Source: Candidatus Abzuiibacterium crystallinum (GTDB lineage Bacteria; Omnitrophota; Omnitrophia; Omnitrophales; Abzuiibacteriaceae). Taken from it: a DNA stretch of 64,000 nt. Within the stretch, counting starts at the first letter, position 1. Every line of letters begins with the position of its first letter. The position numbers were made by a program, and so were the translations under genes. Below the pieces are notes generated by a model, which saw nothing but the letters and a program-made list of their open reading frames with translations, was not told where the DNA came from and did no database searches. Of the stretch, positions 17,796 to 27,593 are shown piece after piece. The stretch is from positions 2,426-66,425 of the forward strand of contig PCVY01000068.1 in assembly GCA_002787155.1 (NCBI GenBank), given 5' to 3'.

Positions 17796-19469
17796 ATGTC
17801 AAAACAAAGCAAGGCACTCAAAATCGGTTTGGCGCAGTTAAATTCTCGCGTGGGCGATTTTCAAGCTAATCAGAGTAAGATCACGAGCTTCATTGAAGAG
17901 GCGGAGCGGATGGGTCTCGATCTGGTTGTTTTTCCTGAAATGTCGCTTTGCGGTTATCCGGTATGGGATTTGGCTAATAAACGGGCGTTTGTTGAAATGG
18001 GAATGAGGGCTCTCAGAGCAATTGCAAAAACCACGAAGCAAATGCACGTGACAAGCGTTGTTGGTATGGTTGATTACGGAGCCAAACCGAACGGAAAAAA
18101 CCGAAATGCCCTCGCTGTTATTCGGAGTGGGAAAGTTTTATGCATGCAGCACAAAACACTTTTACCTAATTACGATGTCTTTCTTGAGGAAATATTTTTT
18201 GAGCCTGCCGATCAGCATCACACCTTTAAGGTCAATCAAATTAAGGTAGGCGCCAGTATTTGTGAAGATATCTGGGATGATGCTTATCGCGTTAAACCTC
18301 TTCAAGTCTTGAAGAAAAAAGGAGTTCAGTTGGCACTGAACGCTTCAGCATCTCCTTATCATCGCCGGGCTGCCCATATCCGTGATGCGCTTATCCGCCG
18401 GAAAGCAAAACAAAACCACGTCTGGCTGATCTATGTGAATCAAGTGGGCGGACAAGATGATCTTGTGTTTGACGGCCGCAGCATGGTAAGCGATCCTCAG
18501 GGCAGAATTGTTGCCCGCGTTGAACCGTTTATTGAGTGCCTCGTTCCGGTTGAAATTGCGGTTGGAGAAAAAAGATCATTTGATTTGCCGCTGCCTAAAA
18601 TTAATGAAACGAAAGAGATGTATCAAGCCTTGGTTTTGGGTATTCATGACTATGTTGAGAAGAACGGCTTTCAGAAGGTCGTGGTTGGTTTGAGCGGCGG
18701 TATTGATTCGGCGTTGGTTGCTACTTTGGCGGCAGATGCCATCGGACCGGAACGTGTGCTTGGGGTTACGATGCCGAGTAAATTTTCATCAGTGGGGAGT
18801 TATCGCGATTCTGAAGCGCTGGCGAAACGGCTCGGGATTGAATTTCGAACCTTAGCGATCAAAGATTCCTACCGGCACTTTTTGCAGAAAATGGAAAAAG
18901 AAAATCCTCGATCTCAAGATCAAAAGCGAAAGATGAGTTTAGCCAAAGAAAACCTCCAGGCTCGGTTGCGCGCTTTACAATTAATGTACATTTCAAACGA
19001 TGAAAATCGCTTACTCCTTTCTACGGGCAATAAATCAGAAATGGCAATGGGTTATTGCACGCTTTATGGCGATATGTGCGGCGGTTTGGCTGTATTAGGA
19101 GATGTATACAAAACAGATGTGTATCGTATTTGCGACTATCGCAATTCTATTTCACCGGTTATCCCGGAAGCCATTCTGAAAAAGGCTCCTTCGGCTGAAT
19201 TGAAGCCAAACCAAAAGGATCAGGATACTTTACCGCCTTACGAACAATTGGATGCGGTTCTGAAGCTATATATAGAAGAAAATATGTATGAACGTGATAT
19301 TATTAAGCGATTAGCCAAACAAAGAGTGAGTCGAAAAGAAATTGTGGATATCATCAAGAAAGTTGATAATAACGAATATAAAAGACGACAAACACCGCCC
19401 ATTATCCGCGTTACATCAAAAGCATGGTTTGGCCGGCGAATGCCCATCACAAATCGATTTAGAAAATAA
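17796..19469 (+). CDS. nadE: glutamine-dependent NAD+ synthetase (N-terminal nitrilase/CN-hydrolase domain + NAD synthetase domain)
   Basis: ALKIGLAQLNSRVGDF... gives the CN-hydrolase half. VVGLSGGIDSALVA gives the PP-loop SGGxDS of the NadE half. Confidence 0.9.
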   Translation: MSKQSKALKIGLAQLNSRVGDFQANQSKITSFIEEAERMGLDLVVFPEMSLCGYPVWDLANKRAFVEMGMRALRAIAKTTKQMHVTSVVGMVDYGAKPNGKNRNALAVIRSGKVLCMQHKTLLPNYDVFLEEIFFEPADQHHTFKVNQIKVGASICEDIWDDAYRVKPLQVLKKKGVQLALNASASPYHRRAAHIRDALIRRKAKQNHVWLIYVNQVGGQDDLVFDGRSMVSDPQGRIVARVEPFIECLVPVEIAVGEKRSFDLPLPKINETKEMYQALVLGIHDYVEKNGFQKVVVGLSGGIDSALVATLAADAIGPERVLGVTMPSKFSSVGSYRDSEALAKRLGIEFRTLAIKDSYRHFLQKMEKENPRSQDQKRKMSLAKENLQARLRALQLMYISNDENRLLLSTGNKSEMAMGYCTLYGDMCGGLAVLGDVYKTDVYRICDYRNSISPVIPEAILKKAPSAELKPNQKDQDTLPPYEQLDAVLKLYIEENMYERDIIKRLAKQRVSRKEIVDIIKKVDNNEYKRRQTPPIIRVTSKAWFGRRMPITNRFRK

Positions 19470-19563
19470 CGGGGTTTTGTTCATTCCGGGCAAGAATACT
19501 TAATCACAATGAAAAATTTTTTATGTCAGTCAACGCAGCACGCTTGTTTGGAAAGCCGGGTGA

Positions 19564-19914
19564 GTGTTGACGTCTAAACAACTGGTCCAGCTAGCGAAGC
19601 AAGCGGCTGAGGAGAAGAAAGGATGCGATCCCGTCATTATTGATTTAAAAGGCGAGTCGACCATGGCTTCTTATTTTCTCATTGTGCACGGAACTTCAGA
19701 CAGGCATGTCAAAGCCATCGCTGAAAGTGTTATTGATGCGTTGGGGGAGGCGGGTGAACCGGTGTGGCATCGGGAAGGGCTGCAGGAAGGCAGGTGGGCT
19801 TTGCTTGATTACGGAGATGTCGTGGTTCACGTTTTTCACTATGAGGCGCGGACATTTTATAACTTAGAACGCCTTTGGGGCGGTCTTCACCAGACAAGAA
19901 ACCATGCGCGATAA
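19564..19914 (+). CDS. rsfS: ribosomal silencing factor RsfS (Iojap family)
   Basis: DPVIIDLKGESTMASYFLIVHGTSDRHVKAIAESV...WALLDYGDVVVHVF...YNLERLW are the Iojap/RsfS hallmark blocks. GTG/TTG start. Confidence 0.8.
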   Translation: MLTSKQLVQLAKQAAEEKKGCDPVIIDLKGESTMASYFLIVHGTSDRHVKAIAESVIDALGEAGEPVWHREGLQEGRWALLDYGDVVVHVFHYEARTFYNLERLWGGLHQTRNHAR

Positions 19915-21580
19915 ACTTCGTTCACTTTTACTGGCGACTTATAAAAGCCTCGAAAGTCAATTGGGCTGCCGCATTCCCGATGATTTTCAGTTTGACTTAG
20001 ATGTCCCTAAAAATAAAACACACGGAGATTTTGCGGCAAATTTGGCATTACGCCTCAAATCGCTGGCCAATCAAAACCCCCGAGAAATTGCTCGAACCAT
20101 CAAACAAATCATTGAGCAAGAGGCCGCAATTCCGAAAGAGCTGAAGTCCATCGTAAAAGAAATTAGGGTTGAGGGACCAGGATTTTTGAACTTTTTCCTA
20201 ACCCAAAATTCTCGTGCTGACGTTTTAAGCCGGATTCATACAACGGATAGGGATTATGGTTGTTCCGATGACGGCAAAGGCAAAAAAGTTTTAATTGAGT
20301 TTGTGAGCGCCAACCCCACAGGCCCTTTAACCATTGCGCATGGGCGGCAGGCTGCAATCGGAGATACGCTTGCCCGTATTTTGTCATCCGTCGGCTGTGA
20401 TGTTAAAAAAGAATTTTACTTAAATGATGCCGGGCGACAAATTAATCTTTTGGGTCAAAGCGTATGGGCTGCTTATCGTATGCAGCATGAAGGAGGAGAG
20501 AGTGACCTGATTCCGGCTGATGGTTATCATGGCGAGTACATAAAGATTTATGGGAAAGATTTTTATACGCAAACTAAAGGTACACTTGTAAATGAAGTGG
20601 TAGATGTAGCGATTCAAAAATGCACCCAATATGCAGTTGAAGTAACTTTAAATCAAATCAAAGAAGATCTCAGGGCTATTGGTGTCGTGTTCGATTTTTA
20701 TTATGAAGAGCATCAATTGCACGAAAAAGGCAAAGTTGAAAGCGCGATCAATACGCTTCAAAAGAAGGGATATTTAAAGACCGAAGAGGGAGCGCTTTGG
20801 TTTAAATCCACGGATTTTGGTGACGACAAAGACCGTGTTTTGAAGAAAAGTAACGGGGAATTAACCTATCTCACTGCTGATATTGCGTATCACTTGTCAA
20901 AGTTTGAAAGAGGATTTAAGCAGCTGGTCAATTTGTGGGGACCCGATCACCATGGTTATGTGGCGAGGCTAAAAGCTGCTTGCCAAGCGTTAGGATACCC
21001 GCCGGCAGCCATCACAATTTTATTGGTCCAATTAACGACTCTTTATCGAAATGGCGAGCCGGTTCGCATGTCGACGCGCGCAGGACAGTTTGTCACTTTG
21101 AAAGAATTGACAGATGAAGTGGGTGCTGACGCAGCTCGGTTTTTCTTTTTAATGCGCCGAGTAGAAAGTCATTTGGATTTCGATTTGGAACTTGCTAAAG
21201 CAAAATCACAAGATAACCCGGTTTATTATTTGCAATACGCGCATGCACGAATTGCGGGCATATTAAAAAATGCGGATCGAACAATTGAGCCATCTTGCCG
21301 TGTCGAATTGTTAACAGCCGATGAAGAGATTGCCCTCATGAAACAGCTGGCGGAATATCCGGAGGTTCTAAAACAAGCCGCCCGTTCTTTTGAACCCTTC
21401 CGTCTAGTGGATTACCTGCAGGGGCTGGCTGCTCTCTTTCATAAATTTTACAGTGTGTGCCGGGTGATCAGCGAAGATTCTGAATTAACAAAAGTGCGTT
21501 TGCTTTTAACCGACTGTGTCCGCATTGTACTTCGGAACGGACTTGAAATCTTGGGCATTTCTCATCCGGATAAAATGTAA
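19904..21580 (+). CDS. argS: arginine--tRNA ligase
   Basis: Class I HIGH-type SANPTGPLTIAHGR, anticodon-binding C-terminal DALR region, 558 aa. Confidence 0.92.
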   Translation: MRDKLRSLLLATYKSLESQLGCRIPDDFQFDLDVPKNKTHGDFAANLALRLKSLANQNPREIARTIKQIIEQEAAIPKELKSIVKEIRVEGPGFLNFFLTQNSRADVLSRIHTTDRDYGCSDDGKGKKVLIEFVSANPTGPLTIAHGRQAAIGDTLARILSSVGCDVKKEFYLNDAGRQINLLGQSVWAAYRMQHEGGESDLIPADGYHGEYIKIYGKDFYTQTKGTLVNEVVDVAIQKCTQYAVEVTLNQIKEDLRAIGVVFDFYYEEHQLHEKGKVESAINTLQKKGYLKTEEGALWFKSTDFGDDKDRVLKKSNGELTYLTADIAYHLSKFERGFKQLVNLWGPDHHGYVARLKAACQALGYPPAAITILLVQLTTLYRNGEPVRMSTRAGQFVTLKELTDEVGADAARFFFLMRRVESHLDFDLELAKAKSQDNPVYYLQYAHARIAGILKNADRTIEPSCRVELLTADEEIALMKQLAEYPEVLKQAARSFEPFRLVDYLQGLAALFHKFYSVCRVISEDSELTKVRLLLTDCVRIVLRNGLEILGISHPDKM

Positions 21581-21584
21581 CGAC

Positions 21585-22529
21585 ATGCCGCAACCTGCTG
21601 TCTTATTTCTTGTTGGTCCTACCGGTTCCGGGAAATCTGCATTAGCTGTGCGTTTGGCTAAAAAAATCAACGGTGAAATCATTTCCTGCGATTCCATGCT
21701 GGTTTACAAACAAATGAATATTGGTACGGCTAAACTTTCCATGAAAGAACGACAGGGTGTTAAACATCATTTGATTAGCATCATCTCGCCTCATGAAACA
21801 TTTTCGGTGAATGATTTCAGAAAGCGGGCTTTAAGAGCGATCACAGAAATTACAAACCGTGGACGTGTACCGATTGTTGCCGGAGGTTCGGGTCTTTATG
21901 TGAGATCGTTGATTCATGGCTTAGCGGAGCAACCGAAAGGCGGAGAAGCGGTTCATCAACAATTGTCAGATGATTTAAAGCGGAAAGGTTTGGGTGAATT
22001 GTACGGGCAGCTGCAGAAAATAGATCCTATTCGTGCCGATGAAATCTTACCGGGTGACGAAAGGCGCATTTTGCGTGCACTTGAAATTTTTTATCTGACC
22101 AAACAAAGACCCAGCCAATGGCGGCGGAAAAGAGAATCGTTAAAAGATTTGGGATATCGATGGGTGATTTTTGGGCTAGATCCGGACAGAGGTGAGCTAT
22201 ATGAGAAAATTAATGCAAGAGTACTTGCAATGATGAAAAAAGGATTTCTGGCCGAAGTGAAACGTCTGTCAAAAGGCCGTTTATCACAGACAGCATTGCA
22301 GGCCATTGGGTACCATGAAATGCTTGCTTATTTGAAAGGTCAATTGGTACTCAAATCAGCTATTGAACGCACGCAGCAGCGGACAAGGCAGTTGGCAAAA
22401 AAGCAATGGATTTGGTTTCGTAAAGAAAAAGGATTACAATGGATAGCGCTGAAAGGCAATTCACCGCTATCAGACGCCGAGAAGAAAATTATTCGGGAAT
22501 GGCAGCAGAAGAAAGAGAATGTCAAATAA
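21585..22529 (+). CDS. miaA: tRNA dimethylallyltransferase
   Basis: P-loop LVGPTGSGKSALAVRLAKK...ISCDSMLVYKQMNIGTAK. Start reset to ATG 21585 (MPQPAVLFLVGPTGSGKS), 4 nt after the argS stop. Confidence 0.9.
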   Translation: MPQPAVLFLVGPTGSGKSALAVRLAKKINGEIISCDSMLVYKQMNIGTAKLSMKERQGVKHHLISIISPHETFSVNDFRKRALRAITEITNRGRVPIVAGGSGLYVRSLIHGLAEQPKGGEAVHQQLSDDLKRKGLGELYGQLQKIDPIRADEILPGDERRILRALEIFYLTKQRPSQWRRKRESLKDLGYRWVIFGLDPDRGELYEKINARVLAMMKKGFLAEVKRLSKGRLSQTALQAIGYHEMLAYLKGQLVLKSAIERTQQRTRQLAKKQWIWFRKEKGLQWIALKGNSPLSDAEKKIIREWQQKKENVK

Positions 22530-23325
22530 GATGACGTCGTCTGTGATTGCACTTTTAACTGATTTTGGACTGTCAGATCATTATGCCGCTGCGTTAAAAG
22601 GTGTTATTTATTCCATCCATCCGCAAGCAGCCGTTGTTGATATTTGTCATCAAGTGAAGCCTCAGAATATTCGGGAAGGTGGTTATTTGTTGAAACAAGT
22701 TTATTCGTTGTACCCCAAAGGGACTATTTTTGTGGCTGTGGTTGATCCCGGTGTCGGAAGTAAGCGAAAAGCTGTTTGCGTTAAAAGTCATGACCATTTC
22801 TTTATTGCGCCGGATAACGGTCTGTTATTTCCGGTTTTTCAAATGCTGAAGCAGGCACAAGTCAGGGAAGTGGTCAATCAAAAATTCTTTCATCATCCTG
22901 TCAGCCGTACTTTTCATGGACGAGATATTTTTGCACCGGTCGCCGCACATTTAAGCCGGGGTAATATTTTTGCACGCTTGGGACCAAAATTGAGAAGCAT
23001 TCATCAACTTGCGCCTTTGAAATTAAAGATGAAACGGGGGCATATTGAAGGCGCTGTTGAATACATAGACCATTTTGGAAATGTGATTACCAACATTTCA
23101 AAGAGGCATTTTGAAAAAGCTTTTCCTCACACCAGTCAGCATCGGGTCCAAATTAAAATGAAAACCATTCCTTTCATTTATCAATATTTCCTTGAGGCGA
23201 AAGGTGAAAAACTAATTGCAGTTTGGAATAGTTCCGACATGCTGGAAATAGCGGTACCGAACGGATCGGCCGCTCAAACCTACCATTTAAATATATCAGA
23301 GAAGGTAGTGATTGATGAAGCGTAG
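22519..23325 (+). CDS. S-adenosyl-L-methionine hydroxide adenosyltransferase family protein (DUF62; SAM hydrolase/halogenase-like fold)
   Basis: N-terminal LLTDFGLSDHYAAALKGVI and VVDPGVG motifs characteristic of the DUF62/fluorinase-chlorinase superfamily. Confidence 0.7.
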   Translation: MSNKMTSSVIALLTDFGLSDHYAAALKGVIYSIHPQAAVVDICHQVKPQNIREGGYLLKQVYSLYPKGTIFVAVVDPGVGSKRKAVCVKSHDHFFIAPDNGLLFPVFQMLKQAQVREVVNQKFFHHPVSRTFHGRDIFAPVAAHLSRGNIFARLGPKLRSIHQLAPLKLKMKRGHIEGAVEYIDHFGNVITNISKRHFEKAFPHTSQHRVQIKMKTIPFIYQYFLEAKGEKLIAVWNSSDMLEIAVPNGSAAQTYHLNISEKVVIDEA

Positions 23326-23857
23326 GCATTCCTTCCCAATACGGAAACAAAAACAAATTTATAAGGGTCGGGCTGTGAAACTTGAAATTCAGTGGATTGA
23401 ATCCCCGCATGGCCAACTGCTGAAACGCGAAATTATCCGTCATGGCGGCTCTGCCGTGATCGTGCCGGTTTTAAAAGACAAACGGCTTGTCTTGGTTAGA
23501 CAGCATCGACCGGCGACGGACGGTTATTTGTTAGAATTTCCTGCTGGAACGCTTGAAAAAGGGGAGCTTCCGAGACAGTGTGCGCAGCGTGAATTACAAG
23601 AAGAAATTGGCCATAAGGCGGGCAGGTTGCATAGATTATGCCAGGTTTATCCCGCACCGGGCGTTTCGACGGAATTAATGCACTTATTTTTAGCAACAGA
23701 TCTTCAGCCCTCAAATTTTCATCAACCGGATGATGATGAATTCTTAGAAATCGTGATCATGTCAAAACAGAAACTGAAGACTTTAATTGAAAAACGAAAG
23801 ATTCGTGACGCAAAGACCATTGTCGGTTTTCATTACGCCCTGCCGTATTTGTCTTAA
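23312..23857 (+). CDS. NUDIX hydrolase (ADP-ribose pyrophosphatase-like)
   Basis: Nudix box GTLEKGELPRQCAQRELQEEIG (GX5EX7REUXEEXGU). Overlaps the upstream gene by 14 nt. Confidence 0.75.
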   Translation: MMKRRHSFPIRKQKQIYKGRAVKLEIQWIESPHGQLLKREIIRHGGSAVIVPVLKDKRLVLVRQHRPATDGYLLEFPAGTLEKGELPRQCAQRELQEEIGHKAGRLHRLCQVYPAPGVSTELMHLFLATDLQPSNFHQPDDDEFLEIVIMSKQKLKTLIEKRKIRDAKTIVGFHYALPYLS

Positions 23858-23977
23858 CCCCTCCTTAAATTAAAGGGCTCATTCTTAATTGATTTCAAAC
23901 TTGAAAACAGTTAAAATTAACAGATTTCGTTGATGTTGATAGACGTGTCTGTTTAAATTATTGGAAGGGGTGCTCAA

Positions 23978-24916
23978 TTGGCTAAAGCATTAGTAACGGG
24001 TGGCGCAGGATTTGTTGGATCAAATGTGGCACAAGCGCTCGTTAAAGACGGAATTGAGGTGGTGGTATTAGATAACTTTGCTACCAGTCATTTCAAAAAC
24101 CTGACTGACATTAAATGCGATATTATCCCCGAAGATGCTGCCATGGTTGATTGGGGTAAGCTTCCCAAGTTTGACATTATTTTCCATCAGCAAGCCATCA
24201 CAGATACAACCGTGATGGATCAGAAATGGATGATGAATCAAAATACCGAAGCATTCCGAGGACTTTTAAAACACGTCGTTAAAAATAAAATACCTTTGGT
24301 TTATGCATCTTCGGCAGGTGTGTACGGTAACCAACCGCCGCCTCATCGGGAAGACGGGTCGCTGGTACCGGAAAACATTTATGGGTTTTCCAAACTTCAG
24401 ATGGACAGGCTTGCTCAAGAAGCGTATCCGGAAACCAAAACGACGCTGGTAGGTTTAAGATATTTTAACGTATTTGGGCCTCATGAGCGTTACAAAGGGC
24501 ATGCGGCTAGCATGATTTTTCAGTTGGCCGAACAAATGCAGGCTGGCAAGCGGCCTCGGATTTTTGAGTTTGGCGAACAAAAACGTGACCACATTTACGT
24601 CAAAGATGTGGTAACGGCTAATTTGTGCGCTTCGCATTCAAATCGACGCGGTGTGTATAACGTTGGGACCGGTGCTGCAACATCTTTCAATCGTTTAATC
24701 GAAATTATTAATGAAGTTTTGGGAACAGAGTATGAACCGGAATATTTTAAGAATCCGTACGGATTTTATCAAAATCACACGCAGGCAACTACCGAACTGG
24801 CAGAAAAGGAAATTGGTTTTAAAGCCAAGTGGTCAATCGAAGACGGGATTCGAGACTATTTGACTATCCTCTATAAACTTTCAAAATCACCCAAAAAGAC
24901 AGCGCGCAAAATTTAA
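23978..24916 (+). CDS. hldD: ADP-L-glycero-D-manno-heptose 6-epimerase
   Basis: VTGGAGFVGSN...[41 protein letters not shown] align closely with HldD/RfaD blocks. TTG start. Confidence 0.8.
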   Translation: MAKALVTGGAGFVGSNVAQALVKDGIEVVVLDNFATSHFKNLTDIKCDIIPEDAAMVDWGKLPKFDIIFHQQAITDTTVMDQKWMMNQNTEAFRGLLKHVVKNKIPLVYASSAGVYGNQPPPHREDGSLVPENIYGFSKLQMDRLAQEAYPETKTTLVGLRYFNVFGPHERYKGHAASMIFQLAEQMQAGKRPRIFEFGEQKRDHIYVKDVVTANLCASHSNRRGVYNVGTGAATSFNRLIEIINEVLGTEYEPEYFKNPYGFYQNHTQATTELAEKEIGFKAKWSIEDGIRDYLTILYKLSKSPKKTARKI

Positions 24917-24923
24917 TCTTCAC

Positions 24924-24996
24924 GCCCACGTAGCTCAATTGGTAGAGCAACGCTTTCGTAAAGCGTAGGTTGTCGGTTCGATTCTGACCGTGGGCT
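24924..24996 (+). tRNA. tRNA-Thr (anticodon CGT)
   Basis: GCCCACG acceptor stem paired with CGTGGGC, D-arm TAGCTCAATTGGTAGAGCA, anticodon loop TTCGTAA, T-arm GGTTCGATTCC-like (GGTTCGATTCTGACC). 73 nt cloverleaf. Confidence 0.85.
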
Positions 24997-25016
24997 GTCT
25001 TCCGATCAGGCCTGCG

Positions 25017-26477
25017 TTACCGAAATTTTCTCAGATGTGTGGGTAGGATTTTTAAAAGTTCGCGATACTTGGCTGCAGTCCGTCTGGCTATCGGAATCCC
25101 TTCCGATTTTAGTTGTTCGACGAGCGCAGCGTCACTCAAAGGATGTTTTTTATCTTCTTCGTCAATGAGTTGCTTAATTCTTTCCATAATACTTTTTTGT
25201 GATTGAGATTCTCCATCAGTACTTGCAACTGAATTTGAAAAGAAATTCTTCAAGGGGATAGTGCCTTGCGGGCAGGTCATGTATTTACCGCTGATGGCCC
25301 GACTGATGGTGGATTCGTGAATGCCTAATTTCTCCGCCACATCTTTTAATCGGAGCGGCTTGAGATGGGAAAAACCGTGTTTTAAAAACTCTTTTTGATA
25401 GTCAACCAATTGTTCGGCAATTTGCCGAAGGGTGGATTTGCGCTCACCCAAGGCGCGGATGTAAAGAAGGGCAGCCTGAATCTTTTCTTTCAGAAAAGCC
25501 TTTGTTTTTGCATCGATATCTTTTTGACGAATCAATTTCCGATATTTTTGATTAATTCTCAATTCAGGGATTCGTTCATGATTAATTTCGATATGATAAG
25601 ACGCCTCTTCTTCATCGTTTTCATTGGGAATGAGAATGATGTCCGGGATAACCGAAATCGGTTCATCGTGATAGAAAACGCGGCCGGGCTTCGGCTCAAG
25701 TTTTGAGATTACTTTTAATGCATTAATCACATTTTCTTTGGGGGTGAGAAGCGCATGTGCTAATTGATCAATTTGTTTCCGTTGAAGCAAACCCAAGTGA
25801 TCAGTCACAATCTTTTGTGCGAGCGGTGTGCTATTTTGACGTTTCAATTGAATCAGTAAAACTTCCGACAAATTTCTACCGCCGACGCCCGGCGGATCCA
25901 TGGTCTGTAACCGTTTTAACACTTTCTCAACTTCCTCAACTTTTGTTTTAGTGGTTTCCGAGATCTCTTCGACACTGGAAGCAAAATAACCGTCGTCGTT
26001 GATATTCCCAATAATTTCTTGCGCAATCACTCTCTCTTGTTCTGTGAGCGAGTGTAGGTTGAGTTGCCATTCCAGATATTGCGCAAGGGTGTTCTGGTTC
26101 GTCAACAGGCTTTCCATGTAGCGTTTTTTCTTATCAAGCTGTGCGGTTGATTCGCCTGAGAAATCATTCTGGGAATTGAAATTGGAACGGTAGTCATTAT
26201 CTAAGTCGTTCAGTTCATTTAGGGTGCGGTCTAATTCGCCATCTGAACTTTGGGCTGAATCTTTTGATTCGCCATCGTCAATCGAATCATCGACGCTTAG
26301 CTCGCTTGCCTCTTCCGGTTCGGAAAGTGTTTCTTCTAAAACCGGATTTTGAGAAAGTTCTTCTTCAATGGATTGCTGAAGGTCAATTAAAGGGAGCTGA
26401 AGTAATTTAAGATATTGCTTCAACTGGGGGCTTAATATTAATTGCTGTGATTGATTTTGAATTAACTTATGTTCCAT
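25017..26477 (-). CDS. rpoN: RNA polymerase sigma-54 factor
   Basis: Acidic region II, HTH, and C-terminal RpoN box ARRTAAKYRELLKI. 486 aa. Confidence 0.9.
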   Translation of the reverse strand: MEHKLIQNQSQQLILSPQLKQYLKLLQLPLIDLQQSIEEELSQNPVLEETLSEPEEASELSVDDSIDDGESKDSAQSSDGELDRTLNELNDLDNDYRSNFNSQNDFSGESTAQLDKKKRYMESLLTNQNTLAQYLEWQLNLHSLTEQERVIAQEIIGNINDDGYFASSVEEISETTKTKVEEVEKVLKRLQTMDPPGVGGRNLSEVLLIQLKRQNSTPLAQKIVTDHLGLLQRKQIDQLAHALLTPKENVINALKVISKLEPKPGRVFYHDEPISVIPDIILIPNENDEEEASYHIEINHERIPELRINQKYRKLIRQKDIDAKTKAFLKEKIQAALLYIRALGERKSTLRQIAEQLVDYQKEFLKHGFSHLKPLRLKDVAEKLGIHESTISRAISGKYMTCPQGTIPLKNFFSNSVASTDGESQSQKSIMERIKQLIDEEDKKHPLSDAALVEQLKSEGIPIARRTAAKYRELLKILPTHLRKFR

Positions 26478-26609
26478 GGCTAAATGAGGATACGTTTGAT
26501 TGGCATATCTGCCTTATCATGATAGTATCACTTTGATAAGGTGTTGTCAAAAATTCATCTGACCGATGATTTTTTGTAACTCTCTTTTTGATAAACAGTT
26601 AGGTTATGG

Positions 26610-26637
26610 TTGACAGGTAAAAACGATCTGCTAAAAT
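26610..26637 (+). promoter_or_regulatory. near-consensus sigma70 promoter (TTGACA-16 nt-TAAAAT)
   Basis: TTGACA at 26610-26615, 16-nt spacer, TAAAAT at 26632-26637. Predicted TSS ~26644-26646. Confidence 0.5.
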
Positions 26638-26659
26638 AAACACTTTATAAACTCTTCAA

Positions 26660-26691
26660 CCCCGCACCACTACGACGTGCGGGGATTTTTG
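26660..26691 (+). terminator. intrinsic terminator-like hairpin ~15 nt downstream of the predicted TSS, 20 nt upstream of accD
   Basis: CCCCGCAC-(9-nt loop)-GTGCGGGG, an 8-bp GC-rich stem, then ATTTTTG. Confidence 0.55.
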
Positions 26692-26712
26692 TGGTGAGGG
26701 GTCTCATCCCAT

Positions 26713-27591
26713 ATGATCATGCATGCAGAGCAGGATATCGAACGACAGTCAGGCGAGCAAGAGAAATCCGTTAATGTGCCTGCAAAAAAGAAAAGCGTGC
26801 CGGAAGGCTTGTGGACAAAATGTCCCCAATGCACACAAGTTATCTTTTCGAAAACGCTTGCCGAAAATCTTTCCGTTTGCCCTAAATGCCGGCATCACTT
26901 TGTGATTGGTGCCAAGGAAAGAATTGGACAGTTGATTGATGCCGGAACTTTTAATGAAAAATTTGCAAATTTAACCAGTCTTGATCCGCTTCGTTTTAAA
27001 GGTCCAAAATCTTACGCTGAGAAAGTGACACAGGATCAGAAGAAAACCGATCTAAAGGAAGCAGTAATTGTTGGTCAAGGAGAAATAAACGGAGTAAAAG
27101 CGGCTATCGCAGTAACCGATTCACGTTTTATCATGGGCTCGATGGGTTCGGTGGTAGGCGAGAAAATTACCCGATTAGTTGAATTTGCCGCTCAAAAGAA
27201 AATGCCGCTTATTATTGTTTCGGGCTCAGGCGGCGGTGCACGTATGTATGAAGGGGCGCTCAGTTTGATGCAGATGGCGAAAACATCCGGCGCGTTAGCT
27301 CGTTATAATAAAACGTCCCTGCCGTTTATTTCAGTGCTCACCAATCCCACGATGGGCGGCGTGATGGCAAGCTTTGCGTCACTAGGTGATTTTATTTTGG
27401 CCGAACCAAAAGCCCTGATAGGATTTGCAGGCCCGCGTGTGATTGAACAAACCATCCGGCAAAAACTTCCGCACAATTTCCAAACCTCAGAGTTTCTTCT
27501 CGAACATGGCTTAATTGACTGCGTGGTTGAGCGAAACGAACTTAAAAACAAGATTTCGAAACTCTTAGAATATTGCACAGGGACAAAATAA
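26713..27591 (+). CDS. accD: acetyl-CoA carboxylase carboxyltransferase subunit beta
   Basis: N-terminal Zn ribbon CPQCTQ...CPKCRHH, carboxyltransferase core (GSMGSVVGEK...SGGARM), 292 aa. Confidence 0.9.
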   Translation: MIMHAEQDIERQSGEQEKSVNVPAKKKSVPEGLWTKCPQCTQVIFSKTLAENLSVCPKCRHHFVIGAKERIGQLIDAGTFNEKFANLTSLDPLRFKGPKSYAEKVTQDQKKTDLKEAVIVGQGEINGVKAAIAVTDSRFIMGSMGSVVGEKITRLVEFAAQKKMPLIIVSGSGGGARMYEGALSLMQMAKTSGALARYNKTSLPFISVLTNPTMGGVMASFASLGDFILAEPKALIGFAGPRVIEQTIRQKLPHNFQTSEFLLEHGLIDCVVERNELKNKISKLLEYCTGTK

Positions 27592-27593
27592 AT

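Noticed and set aside
17423-17817. Plus-strand 113-aa ORF and the long N-terminal extension of the decarboxylase ORF (track 16363-17817)
   Set aside because: Orn/Lys decarboxylase family length and alignment place the start near Met 17655 or 17604. The stretch 17656-17795 is better explained as the divergent intergenic/promoter region shared with nadE. The extension is open only because no stop happens to occur.
24924-24996. tRNA-Thr as a possible genomic-island integration site
   Set aside because: No integrase, direct repeat of the tRNA 3' end, or compositional shift is seen on either side. Flanking genes (hldD, rpoN) are core housekeeping.
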